This document shows, piece by piece, positions 24,758 to 34,630 of a stretch of DNA of 64,000 nucleotides. Source of the DNA: Octopus bimaculoides (lineage: Eukaryota); assembly GCF_001194135.2 (NCBI RefSeq), contig NC_068981.1, forward strand, positions 128,951,554-129,015,553, given 5' to 3'. The position numbers and the translations under genes are program-made. The notes under the pieces are model-generated. The model saw only the letters and a list, made by a program, of their open reading frames with translations, had not been told where the DNA came from and made no database searches. Position 1 is the stretch's first letter; each line of letters begins with the position of its first letter.

Positions 24758-25221
24758 CGTTCGGCTATCAAAATGATAGAATTTACATAAATTCATATTT
24801 CTGAACTGTTCATTTCGTATGATGGGCCTCTGTGCCTGAAATAAATAAAGGTTATTTTAACTTACCCTTTTTCGTATTGTTAGAAGCTCTCCTTCGTTAT
24901 TTGCTATTTAACTAAGCATCAGTTGTCTAATTGACGCCAGCGTAGAAGGATGTATACGCACTGTCATCGTAATGTTTACAAACGTAGCATCCTAAATTGG
25001 GTTCAGGGAATTTACAAGTGTATTCTGGCATTTAAGGGGCATAGGAAATACACATTTTAGAAACTGTCGTTTTACGTTTTGAGTATCTCCAGATAATATT
25101 ACGACACACTTGAGATTGTTACGGCATGTTATTACTTCAACACAATGCAGGCACACAACGTATCATTGGCAATAATGATCCGAAACTCAACTAAAACAAT
25201 AACAAAAAAAATCCTAAGCAT

Positions 25222-25340
25222 AAGTGTAGGCATAATTGTGTGGTTAAGAAGTTCGTCTCACAACTACGTCGTTTTGAGTTCAGTCCCACTGAGCGCACCT
25301 TAGACAAGTGCCTTAGTTCAGGGCTGACCAATGCCTGGTA
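25222..25340 (+). mobile_element. SINE 5' head (tRNA-like)
   Basis: GTGTGGTTAAGAAG...GAGTTCAGTCCCACTG...CACCTTAGACAAGTG, also seen at about 35800, 40430 and 55660. Confidence 0.65.
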
Positions 25341-25494
25341 ATTGAACTTCGTTGATACAAACCGTGTGACAGCTCGCTATATATATATATATNNNNNNNN
25401 NNNNNNNNNNNNNNNNNNNNNNNNNNNNNNNNNNNNNNNNNNNNNNNNNNNNNNNNNNNNNNNNNNNNNNNNNNNNNNNNNNNNNATATATATG

Positions 25495-26493
25495 AGGTTG
25501 GTGCAAAAGTAATGTCCAATTTCTAGAAGAAATGTTTCAGAGCAAATTTATCAATTTTTTAACCTCTTTAAAGATATCTCTGTGTCTAATTTGTACTATT
25601 TTTTTTCAGATTATCTAACTTCTGGACATAATTCTCAGAAAATTTGACCACCGTGTTTGTCCCATCTAAAGATCACATAAGAAATGTCTTACTCTACGAG
25701 TTTCATAAAGGTGTTAATGCAAGTGCGGCAGCAAGATCTATTCAGGGCACTTATGGGGATGATGTGGTGAATAAAAGAAGTTGCAGGAGGTGGTTTTCCC
25801 GTTTCCGAAGTGATGATTTTCACTTTGAAAGAAGAGCCAAAAGAGGATCGTCCAAAAAAACTTAATTCCGTAATATTGGAAGCTCTTGTTTCAGAGAACT
25901 CTACCGTTATCGCTAAGAAACTTGCAGAACAGTTAAACGTGGCCCATACAACCGTGGTACACCAGCTAAAACACATTGGAAAGGTTTCAGTGGCTGGAAA
26001 ATGGGTCCCTCACGAGCTGTCTCCCGAGAATCGACAACGGCATGCTGCTTGTTGTCAATCATCGCTTTCGCAACACTTCAAATAACATTTTTAGACTGGC
26101 TTGTTACAGGTGATGATTCTTTGCCATAATGTTAAACGCCGCCGTTCTTGGCTCAGTTGAGGAGGATGGCCAGTTCAACAACCGAGAGCAGGACTTCATC
26201 CAAAGAAGATCATGTTGAGTGTATGGTAGGATATTAAAAGAGTAATCCATTATGAACTGTTGGACAACAACCAAACAATTAATGCTAATCTTTACTGTGA
26301 GCAACTTCGTCGTTTGAAAACAGTTCTGAGCCAAAAGTGAGCATCCTTGGTTAACAGAAAGGGTGTCATCTTCCATCGCAATAATGCTCGTCCTCACACA
26401 GCTCGACTGACCAAAACTCTCTTGGAAGAACTTGATTGGGAAATACTGCCTCATCCTCCATATTCTCCTTCTGATTACCATTTTTTTTTTCCG
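25495..26493 (+). pseudogene. Mariner element remnant with Hsmar1-like TIR
   Basis: TIR AGGTTGGTGCAAAAGTAAT. Peptides HIRNVLLYEFHKG, RWFSRFRS, WVPHEL, VTGD, HRNNARPH and HPPYSP across frameshifts; the 3' end runs into a gap. Confidence 0.9.
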
Positions 26494-27617
26494 NNNNNNN
26501 NNNNNNNNNNNNNNNNNNNNNNNNNNNNNNNNNNNNNNNNNNNNNNNNNNNNNNNNNNNNNNNNNNNNNNNNNNNNNNNNNNNNNNNNNNNNNNNNNNNN
26601 NNNNNNNNNNNNNNNNNNNNNNNNNNNNNNNNNNNNNNNNNNNNNNNNNNNNNNNNNNNNNNNNNNNNNNNNNNNNNNNNNNNNNNNNNNNNNNNNNNNN
26701 NNNNNNNNNNNNNNNNNNNNNNNNNNNNNNNNNNNNNNNNNNNNNNNNNNNNNNNNNNNNNNNNNNNNNNNNNNNNNNNNNNNNNNNNNNNNNNNNNNNN
26801 NNNNNNNNNNNNNNNNNNNNNNNNNNNNNNNNNNNNNNNNNNNNNNNNNNNNNNNNNNNNNNNNNNNNNNNNNNNNNNNNNNNNNNNNNNNNNNNNNNNN
26901 NNNNNNNNNNNNNNNNNNNNNNNNNNNNNNNNNNNNNNNNNNNNNNNNNTATATATATATAGATAGATAGATAGATAGATATATAGTTTTAACGCCCACT
27001 TTCCCATATATATATAGATGTGTATGTCTCACAGCTTAACTAGCGTTGGTTTGTTAACGTCTTCCTAACGTCCTCTTTACGGTTCGGCAGAGACACCAAT
27101 AAAATATTGGAATTAAAATAAGTAACTTGAAACAAGTAAAAGAATAAAATAATAATGTTAAGAAGTTGGGTCGCACCAACAAAAAATTCTTTAAGTCTGT
27201 GGTTCTCAAACTAGCAATTACTACACATACACACATACAATCATAATGTTTGTTTGTTTGTTTTTTTACACTCCTCCTTTAACAAGAAGACAAAATAGAT
27301 TTTAATCCATATAATTCTTTTTTCGCCAATTTTGGACATGTTTAAGAAGTAAACAAAAATATCTTAATTTAAAACATGGCAATCCTTCGGCTCCACATAG
27401 AAATCGAACCCTTTCCTACGCAAAACAAATTACCTAGAAAAAGTCTTCCATCAGTCGTCAAACAATCTGATACTGACTAATGCATCTAGTATAGTTTGAC
27501 CATAGCAATACATTGAAATTCAGTGAAAACAATTATAGTTCGTAAATGCATTCTGTAAGGATTAATGATTATTATTACAATAAAATAACACTGAAATATT
27601 AAATTAATCAAACATAC

Positions 27618-27692
27618 CTTTGTACGCTTTGTTCGGCTCTTTGCAGGTAACTTGATGTCCAAGTAGCCAGCATACTCAGCACCTCCTCTCAT
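27618..27692 (-). CDS. Exon 1 of the PH-domain adaptor (MRGGAEYAGYLDIKLPAKSRTKRTK)
   Basis: ATG at 27692 and donor AAG|gtatgt (phase 0). It joins exon 2 in frame to give the typical PH start, GYL.IK...K.W..RW. The surrounding sequence retains CpG. Confidence 0.75.
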
Positions 27693-28295
27693 AATTGAAA
27701 ACTAAACTTAAATCGTTTTCAAATGGCTAATGAAGATAAACAAAAAAAAGGTGGGAGTAATAATCCAGAGAAAGAACAATAAGAGAGCTCTCGTAAGAAA
27801 AAAAAAAAGGATTTTTAATCCCAGAGGGATAAATATATTGACGATAGGCGGGAAACTAACTGATGATAATATTTCTTAAATTGTAAGTCTTCTAACGAAG
27901 TTGAAGTGTTTGAATTGATTAAATTGCTGGCAACTGATCTGATGTAAAGCAGTGGCTTTGATTAAGTTTCTATCTCCATTTCCTTGTTACTGTTCTTTGG
28001 GGGTCGGGGTGTTGATATGCATTCATTAGCTCGTTTCCAGTTCTATATTTCGCTTTTTTTTTAACCTGTGGTCCGTCGACAAATGCCTGATAAGACTTTT
28101 TAACTCGGTACACAGTACAAATGAAAGGCCATGATAATTGTAATCAGAGCAAAGAACAACATTAAAAAAAGTTATCAGCAACAACGATCAGCTTTAAATA
28201 ATCTAACTTTTGAAAAGTCTTTTCAGCAAAATTAAATGAAATTACTTAAAGGTTCTTTTTCATGTTTTATAGCCTTAAATCCCGAAGTTTGCACA

Positions 28296-28425
28296 GGTAA
28301 ATTTTCAGATTAACACCCGCACGATTTTCACTAAGGTATTAGGGTTGGAATTCCGTCCCTAACCCTAACCCTAAGACCATAACACCCTAGTGAAAATCGT
28401 GCAGGTGTTAATCTGAAAATTTACC
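28296..28425. mobile_element. 130-bp Merlin-like MITE with internal (TAACCC)n
   Basis: About 45-bp TIRs starting GGTAA; perfect 8-bp TSD TTTGCACA at 28288-28295 and 28426-28433. Confidence 0.8.
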
Positions 28426-28449
28426 TTTGCACATATCTATCTCCATGAA

Positions 28450-28850
28450 ACAAAGATGAATTAAATCCAGTTTGAAACAGATGTTGAAGTTGGGTAGTTC
28501 AGCTGATTTGTGAACTGACCTCATTCTTTGGCTGTCTCAAAAAGATTTTTTAGCTTAATTTAGATTATATGATCCATACACTTTGATAGAGACAAGCATC
28601 GAAACCTAACTAAAGTCCACCTAAACTATCAATCAATACCATATAAAAATCTTTTGCATCAGTATTAGCTTCATAATATCAAGAAGTCTGCCGTCCAAGG
28701 AATAAATTTTTGAAAACATAATTTAGACCTGCATCAACATATAAGAATACAAAACTGCTCGTGAGTAGTTCTGTTTTAGGACTTTGTAGAAAATATAACA
28801 TTGAAGCACATCTTTCATCAAAGTAAAATCGATCTAGTTTTTAAGCTCCA
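28450..28850 (-). pseudogene. Possible highly decayed piggyBac transposase fragment
   Basis: Minus strand FDERCASMLYFLQSPK...YVDAGLNYVFKIY weakly resembles the piggyBac motif IDE..RC.F.QY.P.KP...CDA...Y. Judged by eye only. Confidence 0.3.
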
Positions 28851-29161
28851 GGTCAATTATGAAATGTCCTAACTATTACATTCCTGTTTTTATTTTTTAG
28901 ACTCCTTTTCTTTTTTTAAGAATGTAAGCTAATGAGAAATATTAAACAGCTAACAGGTAGAGGTTCCTTTTTGGCCCATTTGATCTAGTAATATTTGAAC
29001 GCGTTAAATGCATTCGTAGCATCCCAGATTGTTGTTCAGACTCCAGCTCATCCTTGAACGAACAGACCTGTGATATAAAAAAAAATAAAATAAAAAACCT
29101 TTAAGACAGTCATTCCATCTTTCCTTTTCGTGCAGATATCAAGGACGGTTATCTTATGTCC

Positions 29162-30270
29162 TTCATCATCATCATCATCATCATCGTTTAACGTCCGCTT
29201 TCCATGCTAGCATGGGCTGGACGATTTGACTGAGGACTGGTGAAACCGGATGGCAACACCAGGCTCCAGTCTAATTTGGCAGAGTTTCTACAGCTGGATG
29301 CCCTTCCTAACGCCAACCACTCAGAGAGTGTAGTGGGTTCTTTTACGTGTCACCCGCACGAAAACGGCCACGCTCGAAANNNNNNNNNNNNNNNNNNNNN
29401 NNNNNNNNNNNNNNNNNNNNNNNNNNNNNNNNNNNNNNNNNNNNNNNNNNNNNNNNNNNNNNNNNNNNNNNNNNNNNNNNNNNNNNNNNNNNNNNNNNNN
29501 NNNNNNNNNNNNNNNNNNNNNNNNNNNNNNNNNNNNNNNNNNNNNNNNNNNNNNNNNNNNNNNNNNNNNNNNNNNNNNNNNNNNNNNNNNNNNNNNNNNN
29601 NNNNNNNNNNNNNNNNNNNNNNNNNNNNNNNNNNNNNNNNNNNNNNNNNNNNNNNNNNNNNNNNNNNNNNNNNNNNNNNNNNNNNNNNNNNNNNNNNNNN
29701 NNNNNNNNNNNNNNNNNNNNNNNNNNNNNNNNNNNNNNNNNNNNNNNNNNNNNNNNNNNNNNNNNNNNNNNNNNNNNNNNNNNNNNNNNNNNNNNNNNNN
29801 NNNNNNNNNNNNNNNNNNNNNNNNNNNNNNNNNNNNNNNNNNNNNNNNNNNNNNNNNNNNNNNNNNNNNNNNNNNNNNNNNNNNNNNNNNNNNNNNNNNN
29901 NNNNNNNNNNNNNNNNNNNNNNNNNNNNNNNNNNNNNNNNNNNNNNNNNNNNNNNNNNNNNNNNNNNNNNNNNNNNNNNNNNNNNNNNNNNNNNNNNNNN
30001 CTTGCGAGCTTACGTATGTCCTCAGCAGTTACAGCCCATGTTTCACTGCCATGTAGCATGGCTGTTCGTACGCATGCGTCATACAGTCTGCCTTTTACTC
30101 TGAGTGAGAGTCCCTTTGTCGCCAGCAGGGGTAAGAGCTCTCTAAACTTTGCCCAGGCTATTCTTATTCTAGCAGCTACACTTTCAGCGCACCCACCCCC
30201 ACTACTAACTTGGTCGCCCAGATAGCGGAAGCTATCGACTACCTCTAGTTTTTCACCCTGGAATGGGTGA
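29162..30270 (-). mobile_element. RTE-clade LINE 3' copy interrupted by an assembly gap
   Basis: Minus strand VVDSFRYLGDQVSSGGGCAESVAARIRIAWAKFRELL...MLHGSETWAVTAED, with the tail at 29162. Confidence 0.9.
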
Positions 30271-30599
30271 CAGCATAAAGGTCAGCTCCTATCCCCATTC
30301 CCTACTCGTATTTTTAGAAGACCTCATTAAGGGTAATAGGTGATGTTTTGGGCTTAAGCATACCATCCCATTCAGGATTGTTTTACTGGTATTTTTTGAC
30401 AATTTCTTTGAACTTCTGTGTTTTAAATCTCAGAGATTATGAAAGTGAAAAAAAAATTCAAAATTTCAATTTTTCTTCCCTCCATTTTTTGCCTTTCTTC
30501 TCCCTTTCGGAAAATGCAGCCCAGCCGGCAGTAAATTTTGGCATACATAGACATACTGAATGTAATTGAAAAGTGAGCATACGTTTTTCATGAACTGAT

Positions 30600-31640
30600 A
30601 ATAAATCATTCAAATTGTACATCATGGTGGAGTAACAAATGTACTGCTCAACATGGTCTCTATCATAAGTGATACATTTGCACAATCTCTTAGAAAAAAT
30701 GCAAATGTGCACTGTTGTACCCCTTCTTCACAACCATGTACACCCACCTGTACCATCAAATCATTATCTCCAAAAACTATGCTTCATTGAATTGAACAAG
30801 TAGAAATTGGAAAGTACCAGATTCTGGCTGTATGATGGAAGAAGACCACTGACCAACCAAATTTACTGAATGCCTGATTTGATGTGTGCGTATGAATATG
30901 GATTGTTTTCAAATATTTGTTCAGTCTTTTCCTCCTACTGACTTCTCTAAGAATTTTGAGTCTCACTGTACCACTTGCAGTTCACAATAACCACATTCAA
31001 GAACATCGAAGAGAATAATGCCCTTATTATACACCAAAATAACTGCAATGACCTTCTGTACTGATCGCTGGCTCATGAAGTTCTTAGGCTTTGGAGAAAA
31101 GATGTGACCCTATCTTAGGGACTATGCCATCATTTCTGGATCATCTGAGTTACAAAGCATACCACTTTGTTTTCATTGGCATGTCCAACAGACTGGAGCA
31201 AACATCTGCTCTTCTCTCCTTCAAAAGAGATGTCAACTGCTAGGGTATACTTTGCACAGGTTCCAACACCAAAAGTCTTCAATACTATTTTCTGCAAAGC
31301 GTTATGCCCACAGTGCAGTCGTGCATCAAACTCACGAATTGTGACTCCTCTGTCTGCGTGAATCATTTCGTTCACTCACAAGCGATTCATGCCAATCAGT
31401 AGACGAAGTTGATGGTCTCCTATTGCGTAGTTTGTCTTTGATGGTAGTTTCCTCTTTTTTAAACTTCACCCATATGTGCACATAGGTCTTTTGGTGTCAT
31501 CTCCATAAACAACTTGTAACCTTCTGTGGATGTTGGATAGCTTGCACCCTTTCGTCAAGTATTCAATAACGATACATTGTTTTTAATTGAAACTTATTTG
31601 CCTGCAATAAAGAACAGGAAAAAATGTTAGAAATAGTACA
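30600..31640 (-). pseudogene. Degenerate mariner transposase remnant
   Basis: EMIHADRGVTIRE, KGIILFDVLE, LKILREVSRRKR and KCITYDRDHVE fragments in colinear order. Confidence 0.75.
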
Positions 31641-31703
31641 TTTCTAAATCTCTGAGAGAGATTTATTCAGTAGTGATACGTTGAAGTAGTTGTATGCTGT
31701 CAA

Positions 31704-32008
31704 CTTAATGTGACAGTCCCATGAAGGGAATAATACTACTGTTGTTTAGACCGAAGAAGCTGCACCGCTTCCTGTTGGCCTTGACACATTTCCTGTGTCC
31801 TTATGTTTACAAGTCATGCTACTCCAGACTGATGACGAGCAAAGACTCAGAAACATGTCTCCGGATGCAGGCTTAGCTGGGTGGAGGTGCTTGTCTCCCC
31901 CTTGTAAACATAAGGACACAGGAAATGTGTCAAGGGCAACAGGAAGCAGTGCAGCTTCCTAGGTCTAAACAACAGTAGTATTATTCCCTTCATGGGAGTC
32001 ACATTAAG
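31704..32008. repeat. Fold-back element: 110/108-bp inverted arms around an 87-nt loop
   Basis: 31704-31813 versus 31901-32008: four mismatches and one 2-nt indel. Confidence 0.9.
31818..31868 (+). ncRNA. Hammerhead-ribozyme-like motif in the fold-back loop
   Basis: TCCAGA-CTGATGA-c-GAG caaaga CTC-a-GAAA-CATG-TC-TCCGGA: stem I is 5/6 paired, stem III is palindromic, GUC triplet at 31857-31859. Confidence 0.6.
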
Positions 32009-32134
32009 GAAGAAATGTTGTTATAACTGAAGAGTTATTCTAACTCAAACAACCTACATCAGTTAATGAAAAAGTTGTGTGTGTGTACCCTTGTCTTGAC
32101 ATTGTGTGATGGCTGTAAATGAGCACCAGTTTCA

Positions 32135-33335
32135 CACAAGGGTTGGCTGAAAAGTTCATAGGCTGACCAAGATACTCTCATGGAATGTAACCAAATGAGA
32201 TTTATTTTCCAACATAGTCCCTCTTGCAATCCACACACTTCTTCCATCTGTGTTGCAATGCTTGGATCTCGTACATGAAGAAGCTTTCATCTTGTTGGTC
32301 AAAGATGTCATCAGAGACAGATATGACATCGTCATCATCACGATACTGATTCCCAGCCAAGTGCATTTTCATGTTGGGAAACATGATAGCCAAATGGGGC
32401 CAATCAGGAGAATAGAGACAGTGATCAACCAGTTCAATGCCAGTCACACACTACAGCTATTGAAAGTTGTGTGCTGGAGCATCGTCCTGATAAAACAAAA
32501 CCTCTTTTATCAGTTTTCTTGAGTGTTTGATCTTGATAGCATTTTGTAACTGTCTCAGCAAGTTGGCATAGTACTCTTCATTGATAATATGGCCCTTTTA
32601 AAAATAGTACATAAACACAATGCCTTTTGCATCCCAAAAACTGAGGCCATTGCCTTCCCTGCAGATGAAACAACTTTGGCCTTCTTTGCAGCAGGTGAGG
32701 AGGGGTATTTCCACTGCATGCATTGTCTCTAGCTCAAAGTGATGCAACACTCATCCAGGGTTAGGAAACATTCAAGGAAACCAGCTGGATCTGCCTAAAA
32801 CAATGTTAGATTTTCCCATGATGTAATCAGGCTGGGCACCCAGTGAGTAGAACCTTCGTCTTGCCAAGTTCATTGTGCAGAATATTCTCAACTCTCTCAA
32901 GAAATATGCTAATTGCATTGGCTATTTGATTTATAGTCAATCATCTGTCATCCATCACTATTTGGTGAACATGATCAATGATTACCTTGGTGGTGGCAGT
33001 TGTAGGACATCTAGACCTTGGGTCATTTTCAAAACTCTCCTGGTTGATAATGCTGAACATCATCCCCTAATGTAGCAACCATGTCAGCATGAATGTCCTT
33101 GGTAGGTAAACCTTTTTTCTGTAGGTGCTTGCTTACAACACAATGCCAAATTTTGTGGATTTTCAAGAGAAGTTACTACTAATTACATTTGAATTCTTTG
33201 AACTCTCAGATGTTTACCAGGAAAGAAACAATGAAGTTATTAATAAGAAAAGCTGAAATTAATGCATGCAAGATTTTACAGCTCTAGCATCACTCCTTCA
33301 TAGTCAACCTATACACTTTTCTGCCTACACTCATA
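32135..33335 (-). pseudogene. Near full-length degenerate mariner (Hsmar2/irritans-like)
   Basis: DHCLYSPD...MFPNMKMHLAG...DDDDVIS...LQHRWKKCVDCKRDYVGK. Degenerate TIRs at about 32135-32168 and 33300-33335. Confidence 0.8.
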
Positions 33336-33596
33336 AAAGTAATATTTTTTTCCAGTCTGTGTAAAATGTCTGGCCATGGGCAAATATTACTTTGTTTAAA
33401 AATGGATGAGGGCTGGTAACAAGAATAGCATCCAGCTATAGAAAATCTGCCTCAACAAATTCTATCTCACCCATGCAAGCATGGAAAAGTGGGCATTGAA
33501 TAACATTTCCTAACTATGATGATGTCTCCTGGGGCTAAATTACAGCAACATTCGTCCTAAACCAGGACTGCCATGTTATGTTGGCAAACAATCTTT

Positions 33597-33854
33597 ACAA
33601 CCAAGTACTGTTGCTGAATATCTCACGTTGCGAGATTTAAAAATAGTAATTTTCTAATTTATAGATCAGTGACTAGTTGTCATTTTGAAAACTATTTCGA
33701 ACAGGAATTTGGCAGCACCACCTCTAGCCAAACAATTATTGTGCTGATGAAGGGAAACAACCCAGAAATTGCAATACACAGATATTGTTTTGAGCTGTTA
33801 GATTCCCTTGTTCAAAAATATAAGGACACAGATCGTGTTGTATAGCCAGCTGGA
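33597..33854 (+). mobile_element. 258-bp insert with a hammerhead-like motif, flanked by a 79-bp direct repeat
   Basis: Direct repeats at 33518-33596 and 33855-33933. Motif TTGTG-CTGATGA-a-GGG aaacaa CCC-a-GAA-ATTGCAAT-A-CACAG at 33739-33781. Confidence 0.6.
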
Positions 33855-34403
33855 GACGATGTCTCCTGGGGCTAAATAACAGCAACATTCATCCTAAACC
33901 AAGACTGCCATGTTATGCGGGCAAACAATCTTTATTATAAATATATGTTTGCTGTTCCTATTCCTGAAATTTAAAAAAAAATGAAAGTATAATTACAAAT
34001 TCACATAAAATATACTCATACACATAAAAAGCAAAAAAAGAACTGAAGCTGTAAACATTATAATTTTAGTCAGTTTCTGATTAAAAGAAAATTTTCATTT
34101 ACCAATTTATTAAGGTTCTGAATCTCTGAGGTTCAAAAGCATAAAACTATTCAAGTTCTAGTTTTTAAAAATAGCAAAATTATAAAAGTGGGGATGATAA
34201 AAATAAATGTTAGAAATTAAAATATACATACAAAAATGAAAATACTGGTGCTATGGGCAAAAAGTTAAGAAAATCTGAAATATTGAAGTTTCCCTCTCCA
34301 CAATTCTAAATTGATATTTAAAGCAGAAATGTGGAAAAAAAAAGTTAAGAGAGTTACAAGGGAGATGCTTATTCTAAAACTGTACCCTTAAATTTGATTA
34401 AGA

Positions 34404-34630
34404 TTAACCCTTTAGTAACCCAGTCATAGCCATCCCAAATATTCCACCTGTTTTTATGTTCAAATTGGCCTGATCCAGCCTCTCACACATACCCTACAAT
34501 GGTTTTCTAAAATAAAATGAGCAAACACATCAAGTCTTGAATCTATGAGATAATGCAGGATTAATTCAAAATGTAAATAAATAAGCATTACATTTAAAAG
34601 AATCTGAATGACTGAGTGAGGAAAATGAGA
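34404..34630. mobile_element. Older copy of the piggyBac-like MITE family
   Basis: Starts TTAACCCTTTAG and its body aligns by eye to 1201-1420. Further copies at about 50155-50365 and 53058-53200. Confidence 0.65.

Noticed and set aside
28340-28375. TTAGGG/TAACCC repeats as an interstitial telomere
   Set aside because: Only about 3 units, internal to a TSD-bounded MITE.
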